A DNA stretch of 64,000 bases from an uncultured Clostridia bacterium (GTDB lineage Bacteria > Bacillota > Clostridia > Oscillospirales > Ruminococcaceae): contig CANPZC010000011.1 in assembly GCA_947589355.1 (NCBI GenBank), forward strand, positions 7,129-71,128, given 5' to 3'. This document shows positions 6,892-17,236 of the stretch, piece by piece. Position 1 is the stretch's first letter, and every line of letters starts with the position of its first letter. The notes under the pieces are model-generated. The model was given only the letters and a program-made list of their open reading frames with translations. It was not told the DNA's origin and ran no database searches. Position numbers and translations under genes: made by a program.

Positions 6892-8289
6892 TCAGCCCTT
6901 GTCCCTTGACATCAACACCACGCACTCCACATGGCTTGTGCGCGGAAACATATCAACGGCGCAGAGCCTTTGGCAGGTGTAGCCGTACTGCATAAGGCGC
7001 TTTACATCGCGTGCGGCTGTGGCAGGGTCGCAGGATACCATTACTATTCTTTTGGGGGCGGCTTTCGCTATCGTTTCAATAGTCAACTCCGAGCAGCCTT
7101 TTCTCGGCGGATCTACAACTATCACATCGGGTGCGCAGCCGCTTTCACGCAGCCGTGAGAAGACCTCGCCTGCATCGCCGCAGTAAAATTTGGCGTTTTC
7201 TATGCCGTTGCGCGCGGCGTTGCGTTTTGCGTTCTCTACCGCCTGCACCACCTGTTCAACACCTACGATCTTCACATATTTAGCGCGTTTTGCCATTGAA
7301 AGACCTATCGTTCCTGCGCCGCAGTAAAGGTCGGCTATAACATCACCGCTTTGTGGCGCGGCATACTCAAAAGCCTTGGCGTAAAGCCGCTGCGCCTGCG
7401 CGGTGTTCACCTGATAAAACGACAGCGGCGAAAGCTCTATCTCATTGCCGCACATGGTGTCTGTTATAGTGTCACTTCCAAAAAGTGTCACGCACTTTTC
7501 ACCGAGTATAACGTTCGTATTTTTGGGATTTATGTTAAGCACTATGCTCTTTACCTCGGGAAAACTCTGCACTACCGCATTGCACATTAGCGAAAGCTTT
7601 TTTGAAATATCACGCGCGGCAACAATGCACAGCATTATCTCTCCGCTGTTATGCCCCCTACGCAGATAAATGTGCCGCACCTCTCCCCTGCCGCTTTCTT
7701 CGCTGTATGCCGTTATATGCGCTTTTTCCATACATTCAAGGCATACTTTCACAATATCCGAAAACACTTTCGGTTGCAAGGGGCAGTCTTCTATAGGTAT
7801 GACCCTGTGGCTGCGCGAGGCATAAAAACCGCAGGCAAGTTTGCCGCCGACCTGCGTTACCGGGTACTGTGCCTTGTTGCGGTAGCGGTCTGTCTCCTCC
7901 GCTGCAATAATGCCGTCACACTGCGGTGATACGCCTGCAATTCTTTCAAAAGCATCGGTGACGGTTTTAAGCTTCGCCTCACACTCCGCCCTGTAAGAAA
8001 TATGTCTGTAAACGCAGCCGCCGCACCTACCGTAAACGCCGCAATCTGCCTCGATACGAAACGGCGAATGCTCTGTCAGCTTTTCAATTTTACCGTAGCA
8101 ATAATTTTTACACACCTTAACTATCCTGCACTGCACCTCGTCGCCGACAGAAGTAAACGGCACGAACACCGCCATGCCGTTTTCAGCCCTGCCTATGCCG
8201 CTGCCCTCGCCGGTAAGAGAGGTTATTTGCAGCGAAATTATGTCATTTTTTCTAAGCTCTTTCAATACCGAAAAACTCCCCGACTTCAT
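6892..8289 (-). CDS. rlmD: 23S rRNA (uracil-5-)-methyltransferase RlmD/RumA family (TRAM + 4Fe-4S Cys cluster + SAM MTase)
   Basis: It has an N-terminal TRAM-like region, the Cys cluster CGVYGRCGGC, the SAM motif DLYCGAGTIG and a C-terminal VSCDPAT. Confidence 0.9.
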   Translation of the reverse strand: MKSGSFSVLKELRKNDIISLQITSLTGEGSGIGRAENGMAVFVPFTSVGDEVQCRIVKVCKNYCYGKIEKLTEHSPFRIEADCGVYGRCGGCVYRHISYRAECEAKLKTVTDAFERIAGVSPQCDGIIAAEETDRYRNKAQYPVTQVGGKLACGFYASRSHRVIPIEDCPLQPKVFSDIVKVCLECMEKAHITAYSEESGRGEVRHIYLRRGHNSGEIMLCIVAARDISKKLSLMCNAVVQSFPEVKSIVLNINPKNTNVILGEKCVTLFGSDTITDTMCGNEIELSPLSFYQVNTAQAQRLYAKAFEYAAPQSGDVIADLYCGAGTIGLSMAKRAKYVKIVGVEQVVQAVENAKRNAARNGIENAKFYCGDAGEVFSRLRESGCAPDVIVVDPPRKGCSELTIETIAKAAPKRIVMVSCDPATAARDVKRLMQYGYTCQRLCAVDMFPRTSHVECVVLMSRDKG

Positions 8290-9718
8290 TTTTCTTTTCT
8301 ATCATAAGGTCAAAATGCTTGTTGTATTCAAGCGGAAATTTGTAGTTGAATATTCTTTGCAGCCTGCCGCCGCTGCGGTCAACCAGCTTTGTAGAAGCCC
8401 CTGCGCCGACCGCAATTATAGTCTGGTTTTCTTCCATTATGTATACGTTATACAAGCCCTCGTGACCCGGCATTGCCCAGCCTATATTTTCCTGACCGTC
8501 AAGCTGATCTTTCTGCCTGTAAAGATAATACGGAAAATACCCCGAAACTATCAGCCTGTCGGAGGCGTAATCTATCATCTTTTCGGCATCAGCGTTAAGG
8601 TCGTATTCACCGCTGTGGTTCAGGTTCGCGGCGCGTTTTATCGAAAGCGTATGCACAGTGATATTCTCGGGCGCAAGGCTTATAATGCCGTCAACAGTGC
8701 GCTTAAAGCTCTCAAAATCATCTGTCGGCAGCCCTGCAATTATATCGGTATTTATAACATCAAAGCCAAAGCCCTTTGCCATTTCATACGCCTTGAAAAA
8801 CTGCTCGACCGTGTGCTTTCTGCCGATAGCTTTCAGAACATCATCGCTAAGCGTTTGAGGATTTATCGAGATACGCCGCGCGCCGCCGTCATAAATAACG
8901 CGAAGTTTCTGCTCTGTCACCGTGTCAGCCCTGCCTGCTTCAACGGTGTATTCGCGCACCTGCGACATATCAAAACTTTCTGAAATTGTCTTCATTATTG
9001 CTTCTAAATACGCCGCATCAATAGCCGTGGGCGTGCCGCCGCCTATGTACACCGTATCGAGCCGCTTGCCTATTTTTTGCATAAGCTGCCCTGTATACCG
9101 TATCTCGGCGCAGAGGTTTGAAACATAGCTCGGTATCAGCGGCAGACTGCTCTCGACCGACTGCGATACAAAGCTGCAATACGAACACCTCGAAGTACAA
9201 AACGGTATTGAAACATACAGGCTGAACGTGTTGTCGTCAAGGCTCGCGAGGATATCCTCCTGCACCTTTGCCACCGCAAAAGCCATGTTTATTTTCTTGT
9301 CCGAGCAAAGGTATAAATTTTTCAGCCTGTCGCGTATCTGCTCGTCTGAAAGCCCTGCCGCCGCCATCGCGTTTATCTGCTTTACGGGGCGTATGCCTGT
9401 TATTATTCCCCACTGCGGCTTCTTGCCCGTCAGCTTTGAAAGGCAGCGATACAAGTATGCCGCCAACGTAAGTTCGCACTCGCTTTCGTTCTCGCTGAGT
9501 ATTACGCCTGCTTCATTCGCTACCTGACCGTCAAGTCTGCAATACACGAAAAGGCTGGTCATCAACGCTTTCTTTTCGCGCTTTACAAAGCATATGTCGC
9601 CCTCCTGCCCCTCATGGGTAGAAGCTACCGTAAGCTTGAAGCTCTGCGCAGGCAAAAACAGCTTCACCACTGCTTCAAGCTCGTATTTCAAGTCCAGTGA
9701 ACTAAGTATCAGTTTCAT
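8252..9718 (-). CDS. radical SAM protein, HemN/HemZ-type oxygen-independent coproporphyrinogen III oxidase family
   Basis: CxxxCxxC is present in IPFCTSRCSYCSF. The 488-aa length with an N-terminal extension resembles HemZ. Confidence 0.8.
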   Translation of the reverse strand: MKLILSSLDLKYELEAVVKLFLPAQSFKLTVASTHEGQEGDICFVKREKKALMTSLFVYCRLDGQVANEAGVILSENESECELTLAAYLYRCLSKLTGKKPQWGIITGIRPVKQINAMAAAGLSDEQIRDRLKNLYLCSDKKINMAFAVAKVQEDILASLDDNTFSLYVSIPFCTSRCSYCSFVSQSVESSLPLIPSYVSNLCAEIRYTGQLMQKIGKRLDTVYIGGGTPTAIDAAYLEAIMKTISESFDMSQVREYTVEAGRADTVTEQKLRVIYDGGARRISINPQTLSDDVLKAIGRKHTVEQFFKAYEMAKGFGFDVINTDIIAGLPTDDFESFKRTVDGIISLAPENITVHTLSIKRAANLNHSGEYDLNADAEKMIDYASDRLIVSGYFPYYLYRQKDQLDGQENIGWAMPGHEGLYNVYIMEENQTIIAVGAGASTKLVDRSGGRLQRIFNYKFPLEYNKHFDLMIEKKNEVGEFFGIERA

Positions 9719-9742
9719 TTTGTGCTCCTGTTCTCTTTCTGT

Positions 9743-10369
9743 TTATATTCTTTTCAGATAGTAATTGTTCTCTTTCTCAAAGTCAAGGCTCGTCATGTCC
9801 TCGTGCCCGGGGTATACCGTGTAATCTTTATCTATAGCCGCAAGCTTTTTCAGCGACTGCCGCATTGCATTTATATCGCTGCCGGGGAAATCCGTTCTGC
9901 CTATGCTGCCGCGAAAAAGCGTATCGCCGCTGAACATATTATCCCCTGCGATATAGCAAACACTGCCCTGCGTGTGACCGGGCGTGTGCATGACTTTTAT
10001 CTGCACTTCGTCAAGCTGCAAAACGTCGCCGTCAGAAAGCGGCAGAGCATTTTCTACTCTGTCAAAAACGCCGCCCGTCATATTGTTTGCAAGGTTGAGC
10101 CTGCCGTCGGTCAGCATAGCCATATCGCCCGAGTGTATATACACCTTGCAGCCAGACTTTTTTTGCAGCTGTGCCGCGGCTTCTATATGGTCTATATGCC
10201 CGTGTGTCAGAAGTATCATCTTCATCGAAAGTGAACGCCTTTGTATCTCGCGCAGCACAAAGTCTGCGTTTGCGGGCGCATCTACCAAAGCCGCCGAGCC
10301 TTTTTCAGAGGCTATAATATAGCTGTTCGCGCCGCACAGCCCCATCGGCGGAAGTATAAAAATATTCAT
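9743..10369 (-). CDS. MBL-fold metallo-hydrolase
   Basis: It carries the LLTHGHIDH motif plus downstream His/Asp ligands (HTPGHT). Length is 208 aa. Confidence 0.85.
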   Translation of the reverse strand: MNIFILPPMGLCGANSYIIASEKGSAALVDAPANADFVLREIQRRSLSMKMILLTHGHIDHIEAAAQLQKKSGCKVYIHSGDMAMLTDGRLNLANNMTGGVFDRVENALPLSDGDVLQLDEVQIKVMHTPGHTQGSVCYIAGDNMFSGDTLFRGSIGRTDFPGSDINAMRQSLKKLAAIDKDYTVYPGHEDMTSLDFEKENNYYLKRI

Positions 10370-10378
10370 TTCATCACC

Positions 10379-12571
10379 TTATTTGCCCGTTCTGTCTACA
10401 GACAAAACGCTTGGCACCTTTTTAAGTCTTTGTATAACGTTGTTGAGCTGATTTACCCCTGCAACGCTTATCGTTACCATAACGCTGGCGTTGCCGTTTT
10501 TAAGCTCTCTCGCCGTTGCCTCGTGCATAGGTATGCGAATATTTGAAAGCTCTACCGATATATCGGCAAGAAGACCTATCCTGTCAGTCGCAAGAATATC
10601 CAGCGTTACTTTGAAATAGCTGTTCTCCTCGCTGCTGTTTGCCCACCTTACCGCAAGCCAGCGTTCCCTCTGAGCCTCGTTGCTCATCTGACCGAGATAA
10701 TTCGCACAGTCGGTCTTATGCACAGAAATTCCGTGACCGCGCGTTACAAAGCCTACAATATCGTCGCCCGGCAGAGGATTGCAGCACTGCGCGAATTTTA
10801 TCTCGCAGTCGGGTATGCCGTCAACAATAACGCCCGACTTGTTTTTCACGCTGCTTTCTTTTACCTGCTCTAAAACTCTCTGCTGCTCGGGCATCTCCTT
10901 TTCCTGAACGCGCTTGCTGTAGGCGGTCTTCAGGTGCTGCATAAGCTTTGAAACTTGTATTCCGCCGTAGCCTATCGCGGCAAAAAAGTCGTCGAGAGTT
11001 TCGCAGTTGTGCTTTTTCATATCCGCCGAGAGAAACTCTTCCAGCTCGTCTTCTGGTATTCTTATAAGGTTGCGGCGAAACTCCGTTTCAAGCGTTCTGC
11101 GCCCCTCAAAAATATTTTCCTCACGCCTTTCGCGCTTGAACCAAGTGCGTATTTTTGAGCGCGCCTCGTTGGTAACGCACATTTTCAGCCAACTTCTGCT
11201 GGGCGTGTGGTTGGGGTTTGTGATTATCTCAACTATCTCGCCCGTTTTCAGCTTGTGGTCGAGCGAAACCATTTTCTTGTCAACCTTTGCGCCGCACATT
11301 CTGTGACCTACCTGCGTGTGTATCGCATACGCAAAGTCAATAACGTTAGCGCCGTTGGGCAGCGTTATCATATCGCCTTTCGGGGTGAACACAAACAGAT
11401 CTTCCGTTGAAAGATCGCTCTTTATAGACCTTACTATGTCTTCAACGTCGTTGGTATTCTGCTGCGTTTCAAGTATCTGCCTTACCCACGCCAGACGATT
11501 GTCGTCTTTTGTGTACTTGGTGTTTATACCCTCTTTGTACTTCCAGTGGGCGGCTATTCCGTACTCTGCGGTGCGGTGCATTTCTTTGGTGCGTATCTGC
11601 ACTTCAAACGGCGAACCCTCGTTGCCGATAACGGTAGTGTGCAGCGACTGATACCTATTCGCTTTCGGCGTTGAGATATAGTCTTTGAATCTGTTTGGTA
11701 TCGGGTTGAACATATCGTGAATTATGCCCAGAACATTGTAACATTCATTCACCGTATCTACTATTATCCTCACCGCGTACCTGTCAAATATCTGGTCAAA
11801 TTCCTTGCCGTCGCGATATATTTTTTTGTATATGCCGTAGTTGCTCTTTACCCTGCCTTCTATTATAAACTCCTTGTCAAAATCCTGCGCAAGCCGCGCG
11901 CGTATCTTCGCCATAATGCTGTCAATAATGCGCTGCCTGTCTGCCTTGCGCGTGGCTATAAGCCGCTCTATCTCCTCATACGCATATGGATCGAGATACA
12001 TAAAAGACAGATCTTCCAGTTCCTCTTTTATAGAGCGTATTCCCAGCCTGTGGGCTATCGGCGCGTATATATTCATCGTTTCAAGAGCCGTTGCCCTCTG
12101 CTTATCCTGTGCGCGGTATTTCAGCGTGCGCATATTGTGTATACGGTCGGCGAGCTTTATTATCATAACTCTGATGTCCTCGCTCATTGCCAGCAGTATC
12201 TTGCGCACATTCTCGGCGGTCTGCTCCTCTTTGGTAAGCAGCGGTATTTTTTTCAGCTTTGTAACGCCGTCTACCAGCATTGCAACGTCAGAGCCGAATT
12301 TCTTCGAAATATCTTCAATAGAAAACTCGGTGTCCTCCGCAACATCGTGCAGCAGCCCCGCGCAGATAGTATCGGTGTCCATACCGAGGTCAATCAGTAT
12401 GCACGCTACCGCTATCGGGTGAATGATATACGGCTCGCCCGAATCGCGCATCTGACCTGTGTGGGCGGTGTTTGCAAACTCATATGCCGCGAATATCTTC
12501 TTGGTATCGTACTGCTTTTCACTGTCTTTAAGTTTTTGTTCCAGATAATTTTTAGTATATTCCTCAGGCAT
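10379..12571 (-). CDS. relA: bifunctional (p)ppGpp synthetase/hydrolase RelA/SpoT
   Basis: It has an HD domain (HDVAEDT), a synthetase core (RIHNMRTL, YQSLHTTV), and TGS and ACT regions. Length is 730 aa. Confidence 0.95.
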   Translation of the reverse strand: MPEEYTKNYLEQKLKDSEKQYDTKKIFAAYEFANTAHTGQMRDSGEPYIIHPIAVACILIDLGMDTDTICAGLLHDVAEDTEFSIEDISKKFGSDVAMLVDGVTKLKKIPLLTKEEQTAENVRKILLAMSEDIRVMIIKLADRIHNMRTLKYRAQDKQRATALETMNIYAPIAHRLGIRSIKEELEDLSFMYLDPYAYEEIERLIATRKADRQRIIDSIMAKIRARLAQDFDKEFIIEGRVKSNYGIYKKIYRDGKEFDQIFDRYAVRIIVDTVNECYNVLGIIHDMFNPIPNRFKDYISTPKANRYQSLHTTVIGNEGSPFEVQIRTKEMHRTAEYGIAAHWKYKEGINTKYTKDDNRLAWVRQILETQQNTNDVEDIVRSIKSDLSTEDLFVFTPKGDMITLPNGANVIDFAYAIHTQVGHRMCGAKVDKKMVSLDHKLKTGEIVEIITNPNHTPSRSWLKMCVTNEARSKIRTWFKRERREENIFEGRRTLETEFRRNLIRIPEDELEEFLSADMKKHNCETLDDFFAAIGYGGIQVSKLMQHLKTAYSKRVQEKEMPEQQRVLEQVKESSVKNKSGVIVDGIPDCEIKFAQCCNPLPGDDIVGFVTRGHGISVHKTDCANYLGQMSNEAQRERWLAVRWANSSEENSYFKVTLDILATDRIGLLADISVELSNIRIPMHEATARELKNGNASVMVTISVAGVNQLNNVIQRLKKVPSVLSVDRTGK

Positions 12572-12604
12572 ACCCTAAACACCCTTTCTTAAAAATTTTC
12601 GGTA

Positions 12605-14638
12605 TTATGCGTTTTGCAAAGCCGCCAGCCTCTGCATGGTATTTGTTGCCGACAGATCTGCCTTGCCCTGCATCTTCACGGTCTCGATATATCTGCAACC
12701 GTCAGAGAGCTTTGCTATTCCTGCCTCGCAAAAAATATCAGCGCAGGCGCGCGTTTTGCCGAAGTTTATGTTATATTCAAGATACATTCTCTGCATCAGC
12801 ATATCTATGCTTGTGCCATTTCCTATAGCTTTGTATACCGCAAGCAGTTCTTTCCTTTCGGGCATTATCAGAGATGCAAGTTTTGGCTCAACGGTTTTTC
12901 CGCACACAATGTCGTCATAACACCTCATCGCCGCGAACGCCTTTTGCTGCTTTATGCCGCTCAGGCGTATATCCTCTGCTTTCAGCGATACCGACTTTTT
13001 GCCATTAAATTCGTTTATGCCTGCCCTTACCATAATGTCTACCCTGTCGCTCTGCCGCAGACCCAGTTTATCGGGCGATTTGCCAAACAGCAAAATATCC
13101 TGCACGGTGCTGTCGTAAGAAACCTCAAGTTTTGTGTGTTTCCCCTGCGAGAGCGGCACTATCTTCTGCACCTTTGCGCCCACCATTGCAAACAGCGGTT
13201 CGGGGTTGCTCTCACCAAACGGTTCAAGTTTTTCAAGCGACTGCACCTGACCGCAAGTCAGATCTTCTCGCGTGAGCAGCTTGTCGGCGTTAAGCTCTGT
13301 GTACGGCATGGTTTCCGCTTTGTCGGCATACTCGCGCACCATCTGCCTGAAAGCCTTGATGTTTTCTTCTTTTATAGAAAGACCGCCTGCACATTCATGA
13401 CCGCCGTACTTCTCCAAAAGACTTTCGCAGTATGTAAAGCATTTAAAGATATTGAACCCGTGCATACTTCTTGCGCTGCCCCTTGCCATGCCGTCGTCAT
13501 CTATTGAAATAAGCACGCACGGCTTGCCGTATGCTTCCATTATCTTAGAGGCAACTATGCCCACCACACCGTGGTGCCAGCCCTTGCCGTCTATTACAAG
13601 CACCTTGTCCGAGAGCAAACTTGCATCTTTGTCTATCGCTTCTTTTATCTGCGCGATGATCTCCTGCTCGCTTGCCTTGCGGCTGCTGTTAAGGTCGTTA
13701 AGTTCTTCCGCTTTAAGCTGTGCTTCTTCGTCTTCTGCCAGCAAAAGCGCCACCGCAGACTTTGGCGAACCGAATCTTCCTGCCGCATTTATTCGCGGCG
13801 CAAGTCTGAAAGCTATATCGGTGCAGGTCATATCCTGCGCTTTTTCACCGCCCACGCCGCTAAGTTCCATAAGTTCTATAAGACCCTGATTTTCGGTATT
13901 TTTAAGCAGCCTCATGCCTGCGTTTACTATAGTTTTGTTCTCGCCTTTCAGCGGCACAACATCAGCCACAGTGCCTATCGCGACCAGATCGCCGTACTGT
14001 TCTAAAACCGCATCATAGTCGCCGCCGTCAAGAGCCGCGCACAGTTTCAGAGCAACGCCCACTCCTGCAATATCTTTAAAAGATGACGGGCAATCGGCTC
14101 TGTGGGGATCTACTATTGCGACCGCTTTGGGCAGTACTTCGGGCGGCTTGTGGTGGTCGGTAACTACCAGCTGCATTCCAAGCTGCTCTATAAGATCAGC
14201 TTCTTCTACAGCCGAAATGCCGTTGTCAACGGTAATAATAAGCTTTACGCCGCTTTGTGCTATTCTGCGCACCGCATCAAGATTCATACCATAACCCTCT
14301 GAGCGTTCGGGTATGTAATAAGTAACATTCGCGCCGCAGTTTTCAAGATAATTATAAAGCACCGCCGTTGCGGTAACGCCGTCACAGTCATAGTCGCCGT
14401 AAACGCATATAGGCAAAAAGCTGTCTATCGCCTTGTTTATAGTATCAACGGCTGTCTGCATATCTTTCAGCATAAACGGGTCTTCAAGCGGCCTATCTTC
14501 AAAAAACGCTGCAATATCATCAAGACCTTTGCAACCCCTTGACAAAAGCACCTTTATGCACAGCGGCGAAAGATCGCACTGTTTTTCAATTTCTTTTGCA
14601 AGAGCCTCGTCGGGCTTTCCCACAGTCCAGCGGTCCAT
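12605..14638 (-). CDS. recJ: single-stranded-DNA-specific exonuclease RecJ
   Basis: DHH motifs are present (GDYDCDGVT, VTDHH), followed by a DHHA1 region. Length is 677 aa. Confidence 0.95.
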   Translation of the reverse strand: MDRWTVGKPDEALAKEIEKQCDLSPLCIKVLLSRGCKGLDDIAAFFEDRPLEDPFMLKDMQTAVDTINKAIDSFLPICVYGDYDCDGVTATAVLYNYLENCGANVTYYIPERSEGYGMNLDAVRRIAQSGVKLIITVDNGISAVEEADLIEQLGMQLVVTDHHKPPEVLPKAVAIVDPHRADCPSSFKDIAGVGVALKLCAALDGGDYDAVLEQYGDLVAIGTVADVVPLKGENKTIVNAGMRLLKNTENQGLIELMELSGVGGEKAQDMTCTDIAFRLAPRINAAGRFGSPKSAVALLLAEDEEAQLKAEELNDLNSSRKASEQEIIAQIKEAIDKDASLLSDKVLVIDGKGWHHGVVGIVASKIMEAYGKPCVLISIDDDGMARGSARSMHGFNIFKCFTYCESLLEKYGGHECAGGLSIKEENIKAFRQMVREYADKAETMPYTELNADKLLTREDLTCGQVQSLEKLEPFGESNPEPLFAMVGAKVQKIVPLSQGKHTKLEVSYDSTVQDILLFGKSPDKLGLRQSDRVDIMVRAGINEFNGKKSVSLKAEDIRLSGIKQQKAFAAMRCYDDIVCGKTVEPKLASLIMPERKELLAVYKAIGNGTSIDMLMQRMYLEYNINFGKTRACADIFCEAGIAKLSDGCRYIETVKMQGKADLSATNTMQRLAALQNA

Positions 14639-14674
14639 TATCCTACCTCCGTTAAAATGAGCTTAGTTATTTTT

Positions 14675-14703
14675 ATTGTATCACATATCGCTTAAATTTT
14701 CAA
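14675..14703 (-). promoter_or_regulatory. SigA-type promoter for the recJ-relA operon
   Basis: On the minus strand: TTGAAA, 17 nt, TACAAT, with TGn extended -10. Confidence 0.6.
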
Positions 14704-14740
14704 GAGCGCGCAGGCGTTTTTATGCAATCTTCTTTTCTTC

Positions 14741-14769
14741 TTGATTTTGCTAAAGTTTTGTGCTATAAT
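14741..14769 (+). promoter_or_regulatory. SigA-type promoter for argS
   Basis: TTGATT, 17 nt, TATAAT, with TGc extended -10. It lies about 35 nt upstream of the argS start. Confidence 0.6.
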
Positions 14770-14803
14770 TATAAATGCGAAAAATTTTAAAGGAATGAAT
14801 CAT

Positions 14804-16594
14804 ATGCCGGAAAATAAACGTACAAAAAATATTACCGCGCTGCTTACCGAAACGGTATCGGCGGCGTTTGAAAGCTGCGGCTACGACTCCTCGCTCGGCA
14901 CGGTGCTTGTGTCTGACAGACCCGACATCTGCCAGTTTCAGTGCAACGGTGCGTTCGGCGGCGCAAAACTTTATCACAAGTCTCCTGCCATAATAGCGCA
15001 GGAAGTTGCCGACAAACTGAAAGAGGACAAGCGTTTTGCGAAGGTAGAGGCGGTAAAGCCTGCATTTATAAACATCACGCTGACAGACGAATTTTTAGCC
15101 TCTCAGTGCCGCGCCATCGCCAAAGATGAGCACCTTGGCGTTGTTCAGGCTGAAAAACCCTCTGCCATAGTTATAGATTACGGCGGGCCCAACGTTGCCA
15201 AAGCGCTTCACATAGGGCATCTGCGCAGCGCGATAATAGGCGAGGCTCTGAAAAGACTTGCAAGGGCTTGCGGTCATGGCGTTATAGGCGATGCTCACCT
15301 TGGCGACTGGGGTATGCCCATGGGGCTTGTTATTGCTTATCTATCTGAAAAACACCCCGACTGGAAATGCTTCTGTGATGATTTTGACCCCGAAAAAGAC
15401 GTTATACCCGACATTGACGTAGCGCAGCTCAACGAGATATACCCTGCGGCAAGCAAGCTTTCAAAAGAGGACAGCGATGAGGGCAGGGCTTTCAAAGAAA
15501 AGGCTCACGGCATGACGCTGATGCTGCAATCTCACAAAAAGGGCATTTACGACCTGTGGAAAAAGCTAGTCGGCATATCGGTCGGCGATGTTAAAAGAAT
15601 ATTCTCGCAGCTGAATGTTGATTTTGATTACTGGTACGGCGAGAGCGATGCTGATAAGTATATTCCCGAGCTGCTTGACATACTCGTTTCAAAGGGTCTT
15701 ATGCATGAGAGCATGGGCGCTATGGTGGTAGACGTGGCTCAAGAGGACGACAAAGCCCCGATGCCGCCCGTTATGATAAAAAAGACCGACGGTTCTGTGC
15801 TTTATGACACCACCGACCTTGCAACGCTTATCCAGCGTGAGAAAGATTTCAGACCCGATAACGTATGGTATGTTGCAGACAAGCGGCAGACTCTGCACTT
15901 TGAACAATGCTTCAGATGTGCTAAACTTTCGGGCATTGTGCGCGATGAAACTCAGCTTGAATATATGGGTTTCGGCACTATGAACGGCAGCGACGGCAAG
16001 CCCTATAAAACGCGTGACGGCGGCGTTATGCAGCTGCAAATGCTGCTAGATACCGCTTTTGATGCGGCAAGATCGCGAATGCAGGAAGACAAGTTTGAAA
16101 CTAAAGAAGAACTTGACGACACCGCGCGAAAGATAGCTATAGCTTCTATAAAATTTGGCGACCTTATAAACCACCGCTCGAAAGACTACATCTTTGATCT
16201 TGATAAATTTCTTTCTGCCGACGGCAAAACGGGCGTATACCTGCTTTACATGGTAACGCGCATATGCTCTGTGCTTCGCAAGCTGGGTGTTGACGACAAC
16301 GGCGAGATAGAGCTCGGCGAGATATACACGGAAAGTGAGCGCGAACTTATGCTGAACATTCTGCTGACAGACGAAACTTTCAGGCACGCATTCACAGAGC
16401 GAGCGCCGAATTACGTCTGCGAGAACGCCTATCAGCTGGCGGTGCTGTTCTCTAAATTCTATCAGGAAAACCACATTCTGAGCGAAAGCGATGAAAAGAA
16501 AAAGTCGGCTTGGATAAACCTTTGCCGACTGGTAAAACGAATGCTTATAAAACATCTTGACGTGCTGGCCATTGACACCGTTGAGAAGATGTAA
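14804..16594 (+). CDS. argS: arginine--tRNA ligase
   Basis: It has a class I HIGH-type motif (ALHIGHLRS) and a C-terminal anticodon-binding domain. ATG at 14804 sits about 10 nt after AAAGGA; ATG at 14795 is the alternative start. Confidence 0.95.
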   Translation: MPENKRTKNITALLTETVSAAFESCGYDSSLGTVLVSDRPDICQFQCNGAFGGAKLYHKSPAIIAQEVADKLKEDKRFAKVEAVKPAFINITLTDEFLASQCRAIAKDEHLGVVQAEKPSAIVIDYGGPNVAKALHIGHLRSAIIGEALKRLARACGHGVIGDAHLGDWGMPMGLVIAYLSEKHPDWKCFCDDFDPEKDVIPDIDVAQLNEIYPAASKLSKEDSDEGRAFKEKAHGMTLMLQSHKKGIYDLWKKLVGISVGDVKRIFSQLNVDFDYWYGESDADKYIPELLDILVSKGLMHESMGAMVVDVAQEDDKAPMPPVMIKKTDGSVLYDTTDLATLIQREKDFRPDNVWYVADKRQTLHFEQCFRCAKLSGIVRDETQLEYMGFGTMNGSDGKPYKTRDGGVMQLQMLLDTAFDAARSRMQEDKFETKEELDDTARKIAIASIKFGDLINHRSKDYIFDLDKFLSADGKTGVYLLYMVTRICSVLRKLGVDDNGEIELGEIYTESERELMLNILLTDETFRHAFTERAPNYVCENAYQLAVLFSKFYQENHILSESDEKKKSAWINLCRLVKRMLIKHLDVLAIDTVEKM

Positions 16595-16613
16595 ACAAAA
16601 AGCCTCTTGCTGC

Positions 16614-16710
16614 TAGAGGTCAGAGGTAAGAAGTCAGAGGTTAGAAACGGTTTTGCTCGTTTTGAGTGAGACCGTTTTTTGCGCGGTTCAGATAGAAGCA
16701 AGAAACAAGA
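16614..16710. repeat. left arm of a ~97-nt imperfect inverted repeat (starts with 5 heptamers TAGAGGT CAGAGGT AAGAAGT CAGAGGT TAGAAAC)
   Basis: The reverse complement of 17469-17565 aligns with it: identical heptamer frame, shared GAAACGGTTTTG, TTTTGCGCG and GGTTCAGATAGA(A/G)GCAAGAA(A/G)CAAGA. Confidence 0.75.
16645..16680 (+). terminator. candidate argS terminator inside the left inverted-repeat arm
   Basis: A 7-bp stem aaacggt/accgttt with a long 19-nt loop is followed by TTTTTT. Confidence 0.4.
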
Positions 16711-16716
16711 TTTATT

Positions 16717-17185
16717 TTTGCTGCTGTCGCAGCTAACCTGCGGAGCTGTGCAACGTCTACATTTACATATTCCATAATTATATACCAATAAACTCCTCCC
16801 TCCCATTAACCCCCCAAAAAAGAGCCGCTGGCAGAATATTCTTCCAGCGGCGCGGAGGGTGGCTGTAGTTTTTGGGGTGGTAGTATGTTGGTAGGTTATT
16901 TGCAGCTATTGTGAATCAGCATTGTTAAAAATTTGCTGCTGTCGCAGCTAACCTGCGGAGCTGTGCAACGTCTACATTTACATATTCCATAATTATATAC
17001 CAATAAACTCCTCCCTCCCATTAACCCCCCAAAAAAGAGCCGCTGGCAGAATATTCTTCCAGCGGCGCGGAGGGTGGCTGTAGTTTTTGGGGTGGTAGTA
17101 TGTTGGTAGGTTATTTGCAGCTATTGTGAATCAGCATTGTTAAAAATTTGCTGCTGTCGCAGCTAACCTGCGGAGCTGTGTAACG
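16717..17185. repeat. 215-bp tandem repeat: two copies that look identical plus a 34-39-nt third start
   Basis: Units at 16717-16931 and 16932-17146 read identically. The third copy matches from 17147 to 17180, then diverges. Confidence 0.9.
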
Positions 17186-17236
17186 CCCAACAAAACACCA
17201 TAACTCCCTCAAATTATAAATCACGATCTCACGTTG

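Noticed and set aside
8252-8289. 38-nt overlap between the HemN-like gene end and the rlmD start as a sign of a frameshift or pseudogene
   Set aside because: Both ORFs are full-length with intact motifs. The overlap may simply reflect an uncertain rlmD start.
11717-12592. Long antisense ORFs opposite strongly conserved genes. Examples: 11717-12592 vs relA, 12614-13507 vs recJ, 8174-8983 vs the HemN-like gene, 25943-26848 vs yhaM, 45236-46258 vs tuf, 47330-48388 vs fusA, 53835-54686 and 54768-55673 vs rpoB.
   Set aside because: They are shadow frames of highly conserved genes on the other strand. Their composition is odd (Y/F/R/H-rich) and they lack RBS and recognisable motifs.
14741-14803. 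T-box riboswitch upstream of argS
   Set aside because: The distance from the -10 box to the start codon is only about 35 nt. That is far too short for a T-box leader, and no specifier or antiterminator elements are present.
16462-17075. Cys-rich small ORF on the minus strand of each 215-bp unit (MGGRSLLVYNYGICKCRRCTAPQVSCDSSK...; 41 codons from unit 2, 114 codons from unit 1)
   Set aside because: The C-terminus differs entirely between the two copies. The longer version runs antisense into argS. There is no convincing RBS, and the start sits inside the terminator-like T/G-run.
16717-17185. Tandem repeat considered as a CRISPR array
   Set aside because: The unit is 215 bp, the copies are identical throughout with no repeat/spacer alternation, and no cas genes lie nearby.
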